A stretch of DNA of 64,000 nucleotides. It comes from Alphaproteobacteria bacterium (GTDB taxonomy: Bacteria; Pseudomonadota; Alphaproteobacteria; MPNO01; UBA830). The notes beneath the pieces were generated by a model. The model was given only the letters and a program-made list of their open reading frames with translations, ran no database searches and was not told where the DNA came from. Location of the stretch: contig OZ251539.1 in assembly GCA_965243135.1 (NCBI GenBank), positions 4,416,001 to 4,480,000 on the forward strand, given 5' to 3'. Of the stretch, positions 1 through 10,531 are shown one piece after another (within the stretch, counting starts at the first letter, position 1; every line of letters begins with the position of its first letter). The position numbers and the translations under genes are program-made.

Positions 1-763
1 CCTCCTCCCGCCGGTAGGCGCGGGCCAGGTGCGCCTCGCAGTACGGCGCCCGCGCACCGCGGACGGACGGCGCGCCGCAGAAACTCCAGTCGCCGCTCAG
101 CGGATCGCCGTCGATCCACTGGCACGTTCTGGGCGGCGGCCCTATCGGCACGTCGCGGATCGGCAGACCCCGCAGCCGACACGGGGCGAGGTCCGGGTCG
201 CCGCGGTCGGGTTCCGGGGCCGGAGGCGCTGCCGTTCGCGGGCAGGCCTTCGTCCGCGGCGGCAGGCCGAGCTGCGCGCGGCGCGACAGCACGGTCCCGG
301 CCGAAATGCCCAGTCGGCGGCCGATCTCGCGCGCGGTCGCGCCCTCGTTCCACAGCCGGCGCAGCTCGTCGTCGCGCTCTTCGGACACCGAACGCTTCCC
401 GCGGGCCGGCAGGCCCAGCGCCCGCCGCCGCTGGCCGACCCCCGTCCGCGACATGCCCAGCGCCGCCATGGCCTCGCGGGTCGACGCGCCCTCGCTCCAG
501 AGTTTCGCCAACTTGGCGTCGAGCGCCGCGGACTCGCCGGGCGGCCGCCACGTCCCGCGCGGACGCGAGGCCAAGCCGAGCGCCTTCCGCCGCTCGATCA
601 CGGCGTCCCGGGTGCGCCCGGTCGCGGCGGCGATCTCGTCGACCGGACGCCCCTCGGTCCACCGCCGCCGCAGGACGGCGTCCTCGGCGGCGGTCCAGCG
701 GGAGCCCTTCATGCGGCGTTTCGCTCGGGCGATGTCGTCGGGCGGACGATCTCGTTGGGTCAC
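1..763 (-). CDS. GcrA-like protein with three tandem N-terminal HTH modules and a GcrA C-terminal Cys/His motif (3' end runs off the window; absent from the ORF track)
   Basis: Manual translation from GTG at 763 (GTGA overlap with the upstream stop): ...RWTAAEDAVLRRRWTEGRPVDEIAAATGRTRDAVIERRKALGL...LAKLWSEGASTREAMAALGMSRTGVGQRRRALGL...LRRLWNEGATAREIGRRLGIS...TCQWIDGDPLSGDWSFCGAPSVRGARAPYCEAHLARAYRREE; matches GcrA N- and C-terminal patterns. Confidence 0.75.
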   Translation of the reverse strand, partial: MTQRDRPPDDIARAKRRMKGSRWTAAEDAVLRRRWTEGRPVDEIAAATGRTRDAVIERRKALGLASRPRGTWRPPGESAALDAKLAKLWSEGASTREAMAALGMSRTGVGQRRRALGLPARGKRSVSEERDDELRRLWNEGATAREIGRRLGISAGTVLSRRAQLGLPPRTKACPRTAAPPAPEPDRGDPDLAPCRLRGLPIRDVPIGPPPRTCQWIDGDPLSGDWSFCGAPSVRGARAPYCEAHLARAYRREE

Positions 764-945
764 GGCAGATATTTCGGCCACTGCCTCGACAGCCAGTCGA
801 ACGCCCTCGCGGCTCGGCGCGCGGCGAGGTCGCCGCCACCGGTGCTTGGCCGCGATACGGTCGAGACCTGCCGCTGCGTCGCTTCGGCATAGATCTCCGT
901 CAACCGCCTGAAATCGCAAGTGATCCGTGTCTCTGTGTTATTCAT
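760..945 (-). CDS. Small phage Cro-like regulator (possibly degenerate)
   Basis: RRLTEIYAEATQRQVSTVSR...RRAARAFDWLSRQWP resembles alphaproteobacterial phage Cro-like proteins; divergent from an HTH repressor; start uncertain (945 or 981). Confidence 0.5.
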   Translation of the reverse strand: MNNTETRITCDFRRLTEIYAEATQRQVSTVSRPSTGGGDLAARRAARAFDWLSRQWPKYLP

Positions 946-1025
946 AATACAGATCGTGTCATTGAAAACACAGTGCGTCAAGCGCGAATTTGCGCCTGCG
1001 CAAAAAAAAATCTAGCGTGCCATGC

Positions 1026-1421
1026 GTGACACGAGCTCTGCAGAATCTGCGCGACGAAGTGCGCCTCCTGATAGCCGAGGAAGGCCTTCGCCCGCTTGCC
1101 GCGCGCACAGGCTTGCCGGTCGGCGTACTGCGGAGCATTAGCAGCGGCCGCGACCCGTCGGGCCGGAGTATCGAATCGGTCTGCGCCGCGCTCGATCTAA
1201 ACTTTTTTATCGGAACGAAGTTTCCCAGTACGGCGATAGTGACTCAACACGTTCCGATTCGGATTTCCGACGAAGAACTGGCCGATATGGTGGTGTGCCT
1301 GGTCAACGAGTGGAACGAGACGCGGCGACGAAACAGGTGGAAACTGAAAGTGCGTTTCGCGCAGGCCTTTCCGGAGGCGCTCAATAGACAGGCGGCGCGC
1401 AAGCCGACCTTCGACGACTGA
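1026..1421 (+). CDS. XRE/CI-like HTH transcriptional regulator
   Basis: LRPLAARTGLPVGVLRSISSGRDPSGRSIESVCAALDL is an HTH_XRE pattern; divergent cro/cI-type layout; start uncertain. Confidence 0.6.
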   Translation: MTRALQNLRDEVRLLIAEEGLRPLAARTGLPVGVLRSISSGRDPSGRSIESVCAALDLNFFIGTKFPSTAIVTQHVPIRISDEELADMVVCLVNEWNETRRRNRWKLKVRFAQAFPEALNRQAARKPTFDD

Positions 1422-2107
1422 GCCCCTTGCGCCGCGCGCATTCGCGTAGGCAAGCGGGAGAAGGGAATGCTCGACTGCGCGATCAACATCCGGGCGAGGG
1501 AACCGGGCGGCTGGCGGGTCACGGCCCGCGTCACCGACCGCCGGAACCCGGTCTACCGTAACGACCGCTTGGCCGACCTGCCCGCCGCCGCGGGCGTCGT
1601 CGCGGATCCGGTGATGCCCGCGCCTCCGGAGGCGGACAGGCAGGGAGAAGGGAAACGACGCTGGTCGACTGCCGCGAGTGCCCCGGACAGGTCTCCCGGT
1701 CGGCGAAGGCGCGCTGCAGCGCGCCCGACCCGGAAAAGTCGGAGGCGGCGACGCGGCTCGGCTCCGGCGCTCTGTCGATCGTCGCCGCGCTCGCGTTTCC
1801 GCCGCCGGTCGCGCTCGCGGCGGCCGTCCTCGCCGCCTGACCGGGATCCGTCCAAACGAATGAACGCCCCGCCGACGGCGAGATCCCTCTTGCAACGCAA
1901 CCGGTAATGGAGATTTAAAAAAGATAGGACAAAAACTTACCTCCAATGGCAGAAAAACCTCTTCGGAAGTTGCAGGTGTGAATCTCACATGACTAAATGA
2001 ATAATCTGCTTTGAATTCAAGATTCAAGGACAGTTATTTCCGTCGCGCGCAGTACGAACTGCGACCACAATGGTCGGAGTTGCATCACAATTGGCGAACA
2101 GGCACGC

Positions 2108-3307
2108 CTAGTATTTTCCGATAGCCTTGAAATCCAGTTCCACGACCAAATCGTCGACCTCGCCGTGTTTGCCGAACTTTATGAAGTGCATTGCCGATAG
2201 CCGTTCAAGTTCCCGCGAGAAGGTCCTGGTCGTGACGTTTCTGTACGCTTCCCTGATGTACGGGGACTCCAGAAGCTCGGAAAACTTTATCCGCCGCGAC
2301 GGATTGTCGGAGAACGGATCGCCCGGCTCCGTCTGTTCGATCAAAAAACTCAACAGGTTGCGCTCCCTTGCATTGACCGTGCGCCGCCTTTTTCCCGTTC
2401 TCTTGTTGTACGCGCGAACGAGCATGTCTCTGTACACCAATCTGTTCATTTTGGCCTTTATGAAGTTGCTTATGCCCGTCAGCTCCTCGACGAAACCCTG
2501 CAACCCGAAACGGACGAACGGATCGACATCGAAAGGTTGGCAACTCCTGCATTCTTGCAACGTCGTTTTGTAGGCAATCTCGTTCCTGTAAAAATAATTG
2601 GAAAGCCCGTAGAATCCGTGAACGTTATAGCCGCCCCGGAACAGGATTCCGGCCTCGACCAGCCTTGAGACGCGGCCGTTTCCGTCCCCGAACGGATGGA
2701 TCGTCACCAGGAAGAAATGCGCCAGAAGCGCGCTTATGACCGGATGCTGTTCCCGCATGCGGCGCGAGTCGACGAAATGGACGTACTCTTCCATCAAGCG
2801 CGGCACGTCTGCGTGCGGAGCGCCTCGATAGACGCCGCCCAGTTGGGGTGAACCGACGGTAACGGCGAACGTCCTGAAGCTCCCGGGAGAGTTGTTCCGA
2901 ACGTCCGATTCTTCGGTAATCATTCGGTGCATCTTCAGGATATCCGAAACGGACAGCGGTTCGGAACCGGCGGCGAAGCGCTCTCTCGTCCATTTTTGGG
3001 TGAGGTCGGCGTTTCTGATCTGCCGCTGTTCTCTGGTCGCCGCGAGCGCGGGCGTTTCGGGATCCCGCTCGGCCACGTCCATCTGATGCGAGATTTCGGC
3101 CTCCGAAAGAGGATTTCCTTCGAGCGCCGTGGTTCCGTGGACGGCGCGTATCCGGTTGAGCCGGTCCAGGCGATCGTGCCAGTGGGGCGGCAGGATCAGG
3201 TTCAGCGCCGTCTGCTTGTGCGCATCGACCGCCACGAGATCCGGCACGAGACCGGTCGCATCGAGGTTCCAATCGAAGGCAAACGAGTCCCATTCCATGG
3301 CAGACAT
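2108..3307 (-). CDS. Fic family protein with C-terminal winged-helix-like tail
   Basis: Canonical Fic motif HPFGDGNGRVSR; N-terminal HGTTALEGN inhibitory-helix-like motif. Confidence 0.92.
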   Translation of the reverse strand: MSAMEWDSFAFDWNLDATGLVPDLVAVDAHKQTALNLILPPHWHDRLDRLNRIRAVHGTTALEGNPLSEAEISHQMDVAERDPETPALAATREQRQIRNADLTQKWTRERFAAGSEPLSVSDILKMHRMITEESDVRNNSPGSFRTFAVTVGSPQLGGVYRGAPHADVPRLMEEYVHFVDSRRMREQHPVISALLAHFFLVTIHPFGDGNGRVSRLVEAGILFRGGYNVHGFYGLSNYFYRNEIAYKTTLQECRSCQPFDVDPFVRFGLQGFVEELTGISNFIKAKMNRLVYRDMLVRAYNKRTGKRRRTVNARERNLLSFLIEQTEPGDPFSDNPSRRIKFSELLESPYIREAYRNVTTRTFSRELERLSAMHFIKFGKHGEVDDLVVELDFKAIGKY

Positions 3308-3320
3308 CTCTCTTTGCGGT

Positions 3321-3432
3321 TTTTCGACACGTTGTCTGACACTTTATTTGACAGCGTAACCTTATACATTATATCATTTTATCGTGTTTTCAAGGAAATA
3401 TCTGACAAATTTTTCGACGTCGTACTCGACAA
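3321..3432. promoter_or_regulatory. Two blocks of three GAC-core direct repeats at 12-bp period upstream of fic (putative operator)
   Basis: GAC cores at 3326/3338/3350 and 3404/3416/3428 flank an AT-rich promoter-like stretch. Confidence 0.5.
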
Positions 3433-3738
3433 TGGAGATCGATCGCGCCGATGAATGCGGCAAGGGTCGTCTGCATGCGGCGCTTCGGACATCTGCGCCG
3501 AACGCTGCGCGCATGGCCATGCCGTAACTGCTTCCCGCTTCGGGTCGGCGATCATCCGCACGAACGGGCGGCGCGCTTTCCGTCGCCAGCGAGACCATTC
3601 CTTATGCCGACGGCCTGCAGTGGGTCGGTTTCGCGCCGCGAAAAAGCCCGACCGGCACCTTGCGGCTGGTTCCAGACATTCCCAGTCTCGCCGACGACCT
3701 CGGGCCTTCAGACAGTCGCCGGACGCCGCTCCGTCCAG

Positions 3739-5289
3739 CTATCGTTCCGCATAATCCCGTTCCCACATCTTCTTCAGAACGGATCGATCGGTCTTGCCGC
3801 GGGCGTTCTTCGGAAGTTCGTCGACCAGGATCACCCGTTTCGGCGTTTTGAAGTCGGGCAGCAGTTCCGCGCATCGGGCGGCGATCTCCTCCTCCGTCGC
3901 CTGTTCTTCCGGCCGCGGCGCGACGAAAGCCACGATCTCCTCGCCATAGACGGCATCGGGCGCTCCGATCGCCGCCGCCTCCGCCACCTCGGGCAGAGAG
4001 ACCAGCGCGTTGTCGATCTCCAGCGGAGAAATGTTGACCCCGCCCCGAATGATGACGTCCCGGGTTCGACCGGTGACGGTCAGGAATCCGTCTTCGTCGA
4101 AGCGGCCGAGGTCGCCGGTCTTAAGCCGCCTCCCCCGGATTTTCTCCATCGTTCCGCCCGCGTGAAGATATCCCCATCCCGTCTGCGCGCCGCCGATCTC
4201 TATTTCGCCCGTCTCGCCGATCGGCAACGCTTCGCCGTCGGGACCGACGATACGCAGATTCTGATAAAGGCCGGGACGCCCGACGCTGCCGATGCGCCGT
4301 TGCCCGACATGGTTGCTCGCGACGATGCCGCCCTCGCTCATCCCGTAGAGCTGGACGAGTTCCACGCCGTAGGTTTCCTCGAAGCGGCGATGCCGCTCCA
4401 GAAGAAGCGGCGCCGTGGAAGACGACATGAAGCGCAGGCTCCTCATGGCCGCGCGGTCCTCCGCTGTCGCGACGCGTTCGAGCAGCATGTTGATCACCGC
4501 CGGAACGCCGATCGCCATGGTCGGCCGCCAGGTCCGGATCCAGTCGAAAAAGCGGGATTGCGAAAACCGCTTGGCGAAAACGAGCGTGGCGCCGCAGACC
4601 AGCGCCGGCTGCAGCGACAACATGTGCGACGACGCCCAGCCGAAGGAACGGTATTCGAGCATCCGGTCGGAATCCGTCAGCCGCCACATGTCGATGGCTT
4701 GGTCGGCGATCCAGAAATAGTTGTCGAAGGTATGGAGAACTCCTTTCGGTTCGGCCGCCGTTCCGGAAGTGAAACTCACCACGCACAGGTCGTCGGGCGC
4801 ACCGTCGGCAACCGGCGGATCGTCCGCATCGTCGTAGGCCGCGAATTCCGGCAAGATTCCCGCGCCGGAGGCCGCTCCGGACGGTTCCCCGAACCGAATC
4901 CAGCCCGGCTCGCCGCCGCCGAAACTCTCATGGCACAGCACGAGGTCGGGCTCGATCCGCTGCAGCATCTCGCGAATGTGATGCGCGTTCACCTCGATGT
5001 CGATCGTGCAGAACGCCGCGCCGCAGCGCTGAATCGCATAGTAGAGCGCCAGCGTTTCGAGCCGGTTGTCCGACAGCACGGCGATGCGGCCGCCCGGACC
5101 GACGCCGCGGTCGGCGAGAAAGCGCGCGATCCGGTTCGAAAACCGCCAGAGTTCGCTGAAAGTCAGCTGGAGGCCGTCCTGATCGATCGAAATCAGAAAC
5201 GGCTTGTCCGGCCGGATACGGGCGTGGCGCCGCAGAAGGTCAGCGACCGTCCTGTAGCGTGTTCGGTCCGGCTCGGAAGGAATATTCAA
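3739..5289 (-). CDS. AMP-dependent acyl-CoA synthetase/ligase
   Basis: SFTSGTAAEPKG AMP-binding loop, YGMSE, KTGDLG, PKNARGK; probable TTG start at 5289. Confidence 0.9.
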   Translation of the reverse strand: MNIPSEPDRTRYRTVADLLRRHARIRPDKPFLISIDQDGLQLTFSELWRFSNRIARFLADRGVGPGGRIAVLSDNRLETLALYYAIQRCGAAFCTIDIEVNAHHIREMLQRIEPDLVLCHESFGGGEPGWIRFGEPSGAASGAGILPEFAAYDDADDPPVADGAPDDLCVVSFTSGTAAEPKGVLHTFDNYFWIADQAIDMWRLTDSDRMLEYRSFGWASSHMLSLQPALVCGATLVFAKRFSQSRFFDWIRTWRPTMAIGVPAVINMLLERVATAEDRAAMRSLRFMSSSTAPLLLERHRRFEETYGVELVQLYGMSEGGIVASNHVGQRRIGSVGRPGLYQNLRIVGPDGEALPIGETGEIEIGGAQTGWGYLHAGGTMEKIRGRRLKTGDLGRFDEDGFLTVTGRTRDVIIRGGVNISPLEIDNALVSLPEVAEAAAIGAPDAVYGEEIVAFVAPRPEEQATEEEIAARCAELLPDFKTPKRVILVDELPKNARGKTDRSVLKKMWERDYAER

Positions 5290-5922
5290 GTTCCGGATCC
5301 TCAGCGTGGATGGCAGCCGACAGTGTAGCGAAGTTCGAAATGCTTGGCCTTCGGTCTGGTTTTCGCTCTCCCGCCGCTTCCGGACCGTCTTGCGACCGGC
5401 CGCGCACCGTCGCCCGGGAGCGGACCGCCCATCGCCACGCCGCGCAAGGCATGGGATCGACTTCGGGCCGGCTCCTTCCCAAAATCCTGGCGACGTCTCC
5501 GGTAACTCGACAAACCGGTGAACGCTGGCCTGCGCTCGCCATCGCATGACGACCTTCGTTCCGTGCAAAGATCCGCACGCTACCGAAAACCAGGCGTCCG
5601 GCGTCGTCTCCCGGCGAATAGTCGGCAACAACGCCCCGGCTCCGCTCCAGCATCCCGGCACGCAGAATGATCAAGAGATAATTTGGCAGCCCTCCGGCCG
5701 GGTCCGAAAGACCGCGCCGATCGCCGACGACGGATCCAAAAAGCCGTCTATCATGCGCTCAAGGAAAAGAGTTTACCCCGCGTCGCATCGGCGACCGGAG
5801 ATCTCAAGACGCCTTACGCCGCCTCGCCTTCCATGGCGGCGCACCCGTCTTCGATTCGCAACCTTGATTCGCCATCGGACATAAAGTATGCTACTCGCGG
5901 ATTCTTTCTAAGGACGCCAATC

Positions 5923-8047
5923 ATGGAAATCGTGTTCGGTGAGAATTCACGCGATCTGGAGGTAACGACCCTCCGCGAGATCCTGAAAAACATGAATATA
6001 TCCGGAACGCTCTACTTGGGGTATCCGGTTCTGTCCACAGCCGACGCTAAGGTGTTTATCGACGCCCTTCTGATCAGCGATTCGCACGGCTTGGTCGCGT
6101 TCGATTTATCGTTTCAACAGAACATGCAAACCGTAGAAGACGAAATAATGAAACTAGAGGAGCGGCAAGATCAAATATACGCTGTCCTATACAACAAACT
6201 CAACACGCGCAAAGACCTTCGCAAGGGTCGTTCCGTCGCCATAAAAATCAATGTCGTCAGCTGTCATCCGGAACTAGCCAACATCGGTCGACGGGAAAAC
6301 GTCATCGCTTGCGCGCCTGCCGAACTCCCCGACGTCATGAACGATTTTGAAGGCGTACCTGAAGAGTTTCTTCGCCCTCTTCAGGCCGCCATTCAGAGCG
6401 TTTCTACGCTACGGCCTCCAAACCGCAGAGAAGGCGTAAAAAAGACTGGATCTCGAGGCGCCATACTGAAGATTGTCGAGAACGAAATCGCAAACCTCGA
6501 CCAATGGCAGAAGAAAGCCGCTATAGAATCCGTCAACGGACCGCAAAGAATTCGGGGGTTGGCCGGTTCCGGAAAAACCGTCGTGCTGGCGCTGAAGGCC
6601 GCGTACTTGCATGTGCGACACCCAGAATGGAAGATCGTCGTCACCTTTCAAACACGGTCTCTTTACCAGCAATTTCGGGATTTGATCAGGCGTTTCACTT
6701 TTGAGCATGAACAAAATGAACCGGATTGGAACAACCTTAGAATTATGCACGCTTGGGGAAGTCAAAGCAATTACGGCGTCTACTCCACAATCTGCGAACA
6801 TTACGGAATCAGCCCACAAAATTGGAAAACGGCAAATAACAAATATTGGGAGTTGCGCTTTTGAGGGAGTTTGTAAAGAAATTAAATCAGCAATCGACAA
6901 ACACGGCCATAAATCCATTTTCGACGTCATATTGGTAGATGAAGCTCAAGATTTTCCATCAGAATTTTTTCAACTGATATACCACGTTGTCGCACCTCCT
7001 CATCGTATAATTTGGGCCTATGACGATCTGCAAAATCTCGGCGATTACGTAATGCGCGGCGACCGCGAGCTTTTCGGATCTGACGGCAACGGACAACCTT
7101 TGGTTGCGTTGGAAAATCGCGCCGACAACCCCAGAGAGGATATCGTTCTTCCTGTATGCTACCGCAATACGCCCTGGACATTGACCATGGCCCACGCGCT
7201 GGGTTTCGGCATTTACCGCAGAGAGGGGTTGGTCCAGATGTTCGAGGAACCGTCTACCTGGACGCGAATCGGGTATGAAAGACACCGAGGAACTTTGGCG
7301 CTTGGACAAAACGTGAGCCTCCGCCGTGCGGCCCACTCATTTCCCAAATACTTCGAAGAATTGCTCGACCGGGAAGATGCGATCATTTGCAAGACGTTTT
7401 CAAGCAATTCACAACAATATGAAGCGCTCGCCGAATCGGTGAAAACGAACATGGTGCAAGACGAACTGGATCCGACCGACATCCTGATCGTGTTGCCGGA
7501 CGCTTACGCTTTCCGAAAAATTGGCGGGGCGATTCTGCAAACGCTGTTCGCGAAAGACATTAGTGCGCATCTCGTGGGCGTGACCAGCAGCACGGACGAG
7601 GTATTTCAATCAGGATCCGTTGCGATAACTCATATATTTAGAGCCAAGGGAAACGAAGCGCCAATGGTTTACATATTGCATTCGGAGTATTGTCAAACTG
7701 GTTTCGAACTTCGTCGAAAAAGAAACATGCTTTTCACGGCGATTACTAGGTCGAAATGTTGGGTACGACTATTCGGGGTTGGCGATAGCATGGACAGCCT
7801 TCGTTCGGAGATAGAGGAATTACGTCGCAAAAATTTCGAAATCGAGTTCGATTACCCGAGCGAAGATCTCATCGAGCACCTTGCAAAGGTTCATCGGGAC
7901 GTGACGGATGATGACCTCAAGTCTTGGGATCAAAAAATCCACAACGTCGATGAAGTCCTTACCGCGCTAATTGAAGGTGATCTGCCGCGGGAGGCGCTTT
8001 CTCCTAAATTGCTCAAGAAACTGACCGAACTTAACGGCCGCCAATGA
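5923..8047 (+). pseudogene. Superfamily 1 (UvrD-like) helicase with N-terminal nuclease-like region, split by a +1 frameshift near 6846; helicase of a Helicase-DUF2290 defence pair
   Basis: Walker A GLAGSGKT in ORF 5683-6864; DEAQD and HIFRAKGNEAP in ORF 6701-8047; removing one T in aaatattggg restores ...NNKYGSCAFEGV... Confidence 0.85.
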
Positions 8048-8727
8048 GCGTAGGCAGGCTGTGTCGCGACATCACGAATTTCGGTTTCAATATGATCGAG
8101 GCGGAATTCGCTTGGGACGCCAACGTCCACAAGGTTGACCAGATTTCCGCAAATAAAGAAGCGCTTATATGGGTACAAAATCAAGATTTACATGCGATGA
8201 TAGAGATTCCGTCACGAGTTAATGACTATTGTTCCCTTATTGCCTCCAAAGATTATTCCTACCTTATGAACGACGGCGGAATCATACAAACCGCTTACAT
8301 GTACGATAATGATCGGATCTCCAAGCATAGGCTTCTTTACTTCCCTTGTCCTTTTCGGATCGACGATTACGAAGTCGGCGAGATCACGGGAGAATTGGTG
8401 CCTTTGCTTGATCGGATCGTCGAAACCGAAGATTTTCCGGATAATTTTCTTTTGCGGTCTCCCATCCGTTTCGATTACGCGCCCCACGATGCCTCCGAAT
8501 TCCACCCGGCGTCCCATATGATCCTAAATGATCCGGATTGTCGGATACCCGTGAAATCCCCGCTTCGCGTCCATACCTTTATCCAGTTCGTTTTCGAGAA
8601 TTTCTACTTGACCGCGTGGAAACATCCCGGCGTCCAGGAATCCTTCGCTCGACTGCGAGAGGAGGGACGGGAGGGAGAATGTCTTTCCGCCCATGACAGA
8701 GAGCTCGCGTTTCTCGACTGGAATTAA
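8044..8727 (+). CDS. DUF2290 domain protein
   Basis: YSYLMNDGGIIQ, KHRLLYFPCP, PIRFDY, HPASHM, CRIPVKSPL, FIQFVFENFY motifs; ATGA overlap with the helicase stop. Confidence 0.8.
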   Translation: MSVGRLCRDITNFGFNMIEAEFAWDANVHKVDQISANKEALIWVQNQDLHAMIEIPSRVNDYCSLIASKDYSYLMNDGGIIQTAYMYDNDRISKHRLLYFPCPFRIDDYEVGEITGELVPLLDRIVETEDFPDNFLLRSPIRFDYAPHDASEFHPASHMILNDPDCRIPVKSPLRVHTFIQFVFENFYLTAWKHPGVQESFARLREEGREGECLSAHDRELAFLDWN

Positions 8728-9013
8728 GCGCCACCGGCCCGGCCGCCTTCCGAGGCGCCGCCCTCGCTTGTCCCCGACGAGCGGAGCAAAGGCGTTCTCC
8801 TGCGCGCCAGGCGCTTGCTCGCAGATGGCGCGGCGCGACCGCCCGAACGGCAACCCGGGGCAAGACTTCGGTTACCCGATCAAGTTTCCGGGACGGGGGC
8901 GACCCTCTCGGGCAGGTCGCGGCACGTCGGACGAAAATGGATATCGCGTCGGAAGTAGGCTACGCTTGCCGGCGGCGGCGCTCGATGCCGCAACGAGAAC
9001 AAGGGAGGAAACG

Positions 9014-9970
9014 ATGAAGAGAACCCTGATCGCGGCCGCGGCGTTCGTCGGCATCGCGAGCGCGGCTTCGGCCGAAACGACCATGCGCGCGATCGCCTTC
9101 ATTCCGCACAAGCATCCGGTCATGAAGTCGTCGCACGACTGGGTGGGCCGCGTGAACGCCGCCCTGAAGGGCAAGCTCGCGATCAACTACATCGGCGGCC
9201 CCGAAGTCATCGGTCGCCGCGAGCAGTGGGACGCGGCCAAGAACGGCGTCATCGACGTCATCTTCGCCGTGTTCGCAGACATCCAGGATCTCGCGCCCGC
9301 GACCGCGTCGAGCTGGCTCTCCAAATGCAGCATCCCGGACGAGCGCAAGACCGGCAATTTCGCGCATCTCGACGCGGAGATGGCGAAGCTCAACCTCAAG
9401 CTCCTGGCGCGGGTGCAGTACGGAAACTTCTATCTCTGGGTCAACCGCCATCCGAAAACCCTGGCCGACCTGAAGGGCCTGAAGATGCGGACCGGCTCGC
9501 TGTACGACAAGATGATGCGCAAGCTGGGCATGGTGCCCGTCACCATGAACTCGCCCGAAACCTATACCGCCCTCGAGCGCGGCGTCGTCGACGGCTTCGG
9601 CTGGCCGAACATCGGCCCCAGAACCCGCGGCTGGGTCAAGAAGGTCAAATGGGTGATCGACCTGCCCTTCTTCGGCAACTCGAACATGGGCGCGATCATG
9701 AATCTCGACAAGTGGAAGGGCCTGCCGGCCGACGTGCAAAAGACGATCGCCGACGTATCGGTGAAGTACGAGCCCGACATGCTGGCCTACTATCAGGGCG
9801 CCGAAGCCAAGGAATGGGAGGCGCTGCAGGGAATGGTGACCCGCGTCAAGTTCTCCGAGGCGGAGAACAAGACCTATATCGACGCGGCCTACGAAACCGA
9901 GTGGGAGCGCCTGAGCGAAAAGATCGGCGCCGCGAAGGTCGCCGAACTCAAGAAGATCAGCTGCAACTGA
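9014..9970 (+). CDS. dctP: TRAP transporter substrate-binding protein DctP
   Basis: Signal peptide, LADLKGLKMR, ETYTALERGVVDG; GGAGG RBS. Confidence 0.92.
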   Translation: MKRTLIAAAAFVGIASAASAETTMRAIAFIPHKHPVMKSSHDWVGRVNAALKGKLAINYIGGPEVIGRREQWDAAKNGVIDVIFAVFADIQDLAPATASSWLSKCSIPDERKTGNFAHLDAEMAKLNLKLLARVQYGNFYLWVNRHPKTLADLKGLKMRTGSLYDKMMRKLGMVPVTMNSPETYTALERGVVDGFGWPNIGPRTRGWVKKVKWVIDLPFFGNSNMGAIMNLDKWKGLPADVQKTIADVSVKYEPDMLAYYQGAEAKEWEALQGMVTRVKFSEAENKTYIDAAYETEWERLSEKIGAAKVAELKKISCN

Positions 9971-10015
9971 ACCGCCGAGGCGGGGGCGCTCGCTCCCGCC
10001 TCCCGGAGCTCGCCG

Positions 10016-10528
10016 ATGCGTCGCATCTTGCGCGTCCTCGACCGCATCGAGGAACTGATGGCCGGCGGCGCGATTCTGCTGCTCGCCGGCATCACGATCG
10101 CGGTCTGCATGGAAGTCTTCATGCGCTACGCGCTCAAGGATCCGATCGTCTGGGTCGTCGAGTTGGCGGAATACGCCCTTCTTTACATCTGCTTCCTGGG
10201 AACCGCCTGGGCGCTGGCCAGGGGCCAGCACATCCGCATCGACATCTTTCTCGGCGCCTTTCCGCCGCGCTGGCGGAAACGTTTCGGGGTCGTCTCGTCG
10301 ATCCTCGGACTTTGCGTCGCGCTGATCCTGACGATCTGGGGCGGCCTGGCGACATGGGAAAAATTCGTCTCCGGCGCCTACAAGCCGACGGTCATCGAAT
10401 TCCCGTCGTGGATCGTGCTGCTCTGCATCCCCGTCGGGTCGCTTTTTCTCTGCCTGCGTTTCCTGCGCAACGCGATCGGATACGCCAAGGGAGAGATCGC
10501 CGATCGAACCGACTACCGGCTGGAATGA
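10016..10528 (+). CDS. dctQ: TRAP transporter small permease DctQ
   Basis: Four TM segments, WVVELAEY, HIRID; located between dctP and dctM. Confidence 0.9.
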   Translation: MRRILRVLDRIEELMAGGAILLLAGITIAVCMEVFMRYALKDPIVWVVELAEYALLYICFLGTAWALARGQHIRIDIFLGAFPPRWRKRFGVVSSILGLCVALILTIWGGLATWEKFVSGAYKPTVIEFPSWIVLLCIPVGSLFLCLRFLRNAIGYAKGEIADRTDYRLE

Positions 10529-10531
10529 GAG

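Noticed and set aside
29-911. Plus-strand ORFs 29-892 and 306-911
   Set aside because: Antisense shadows of the minus-strand GcrA-like gene
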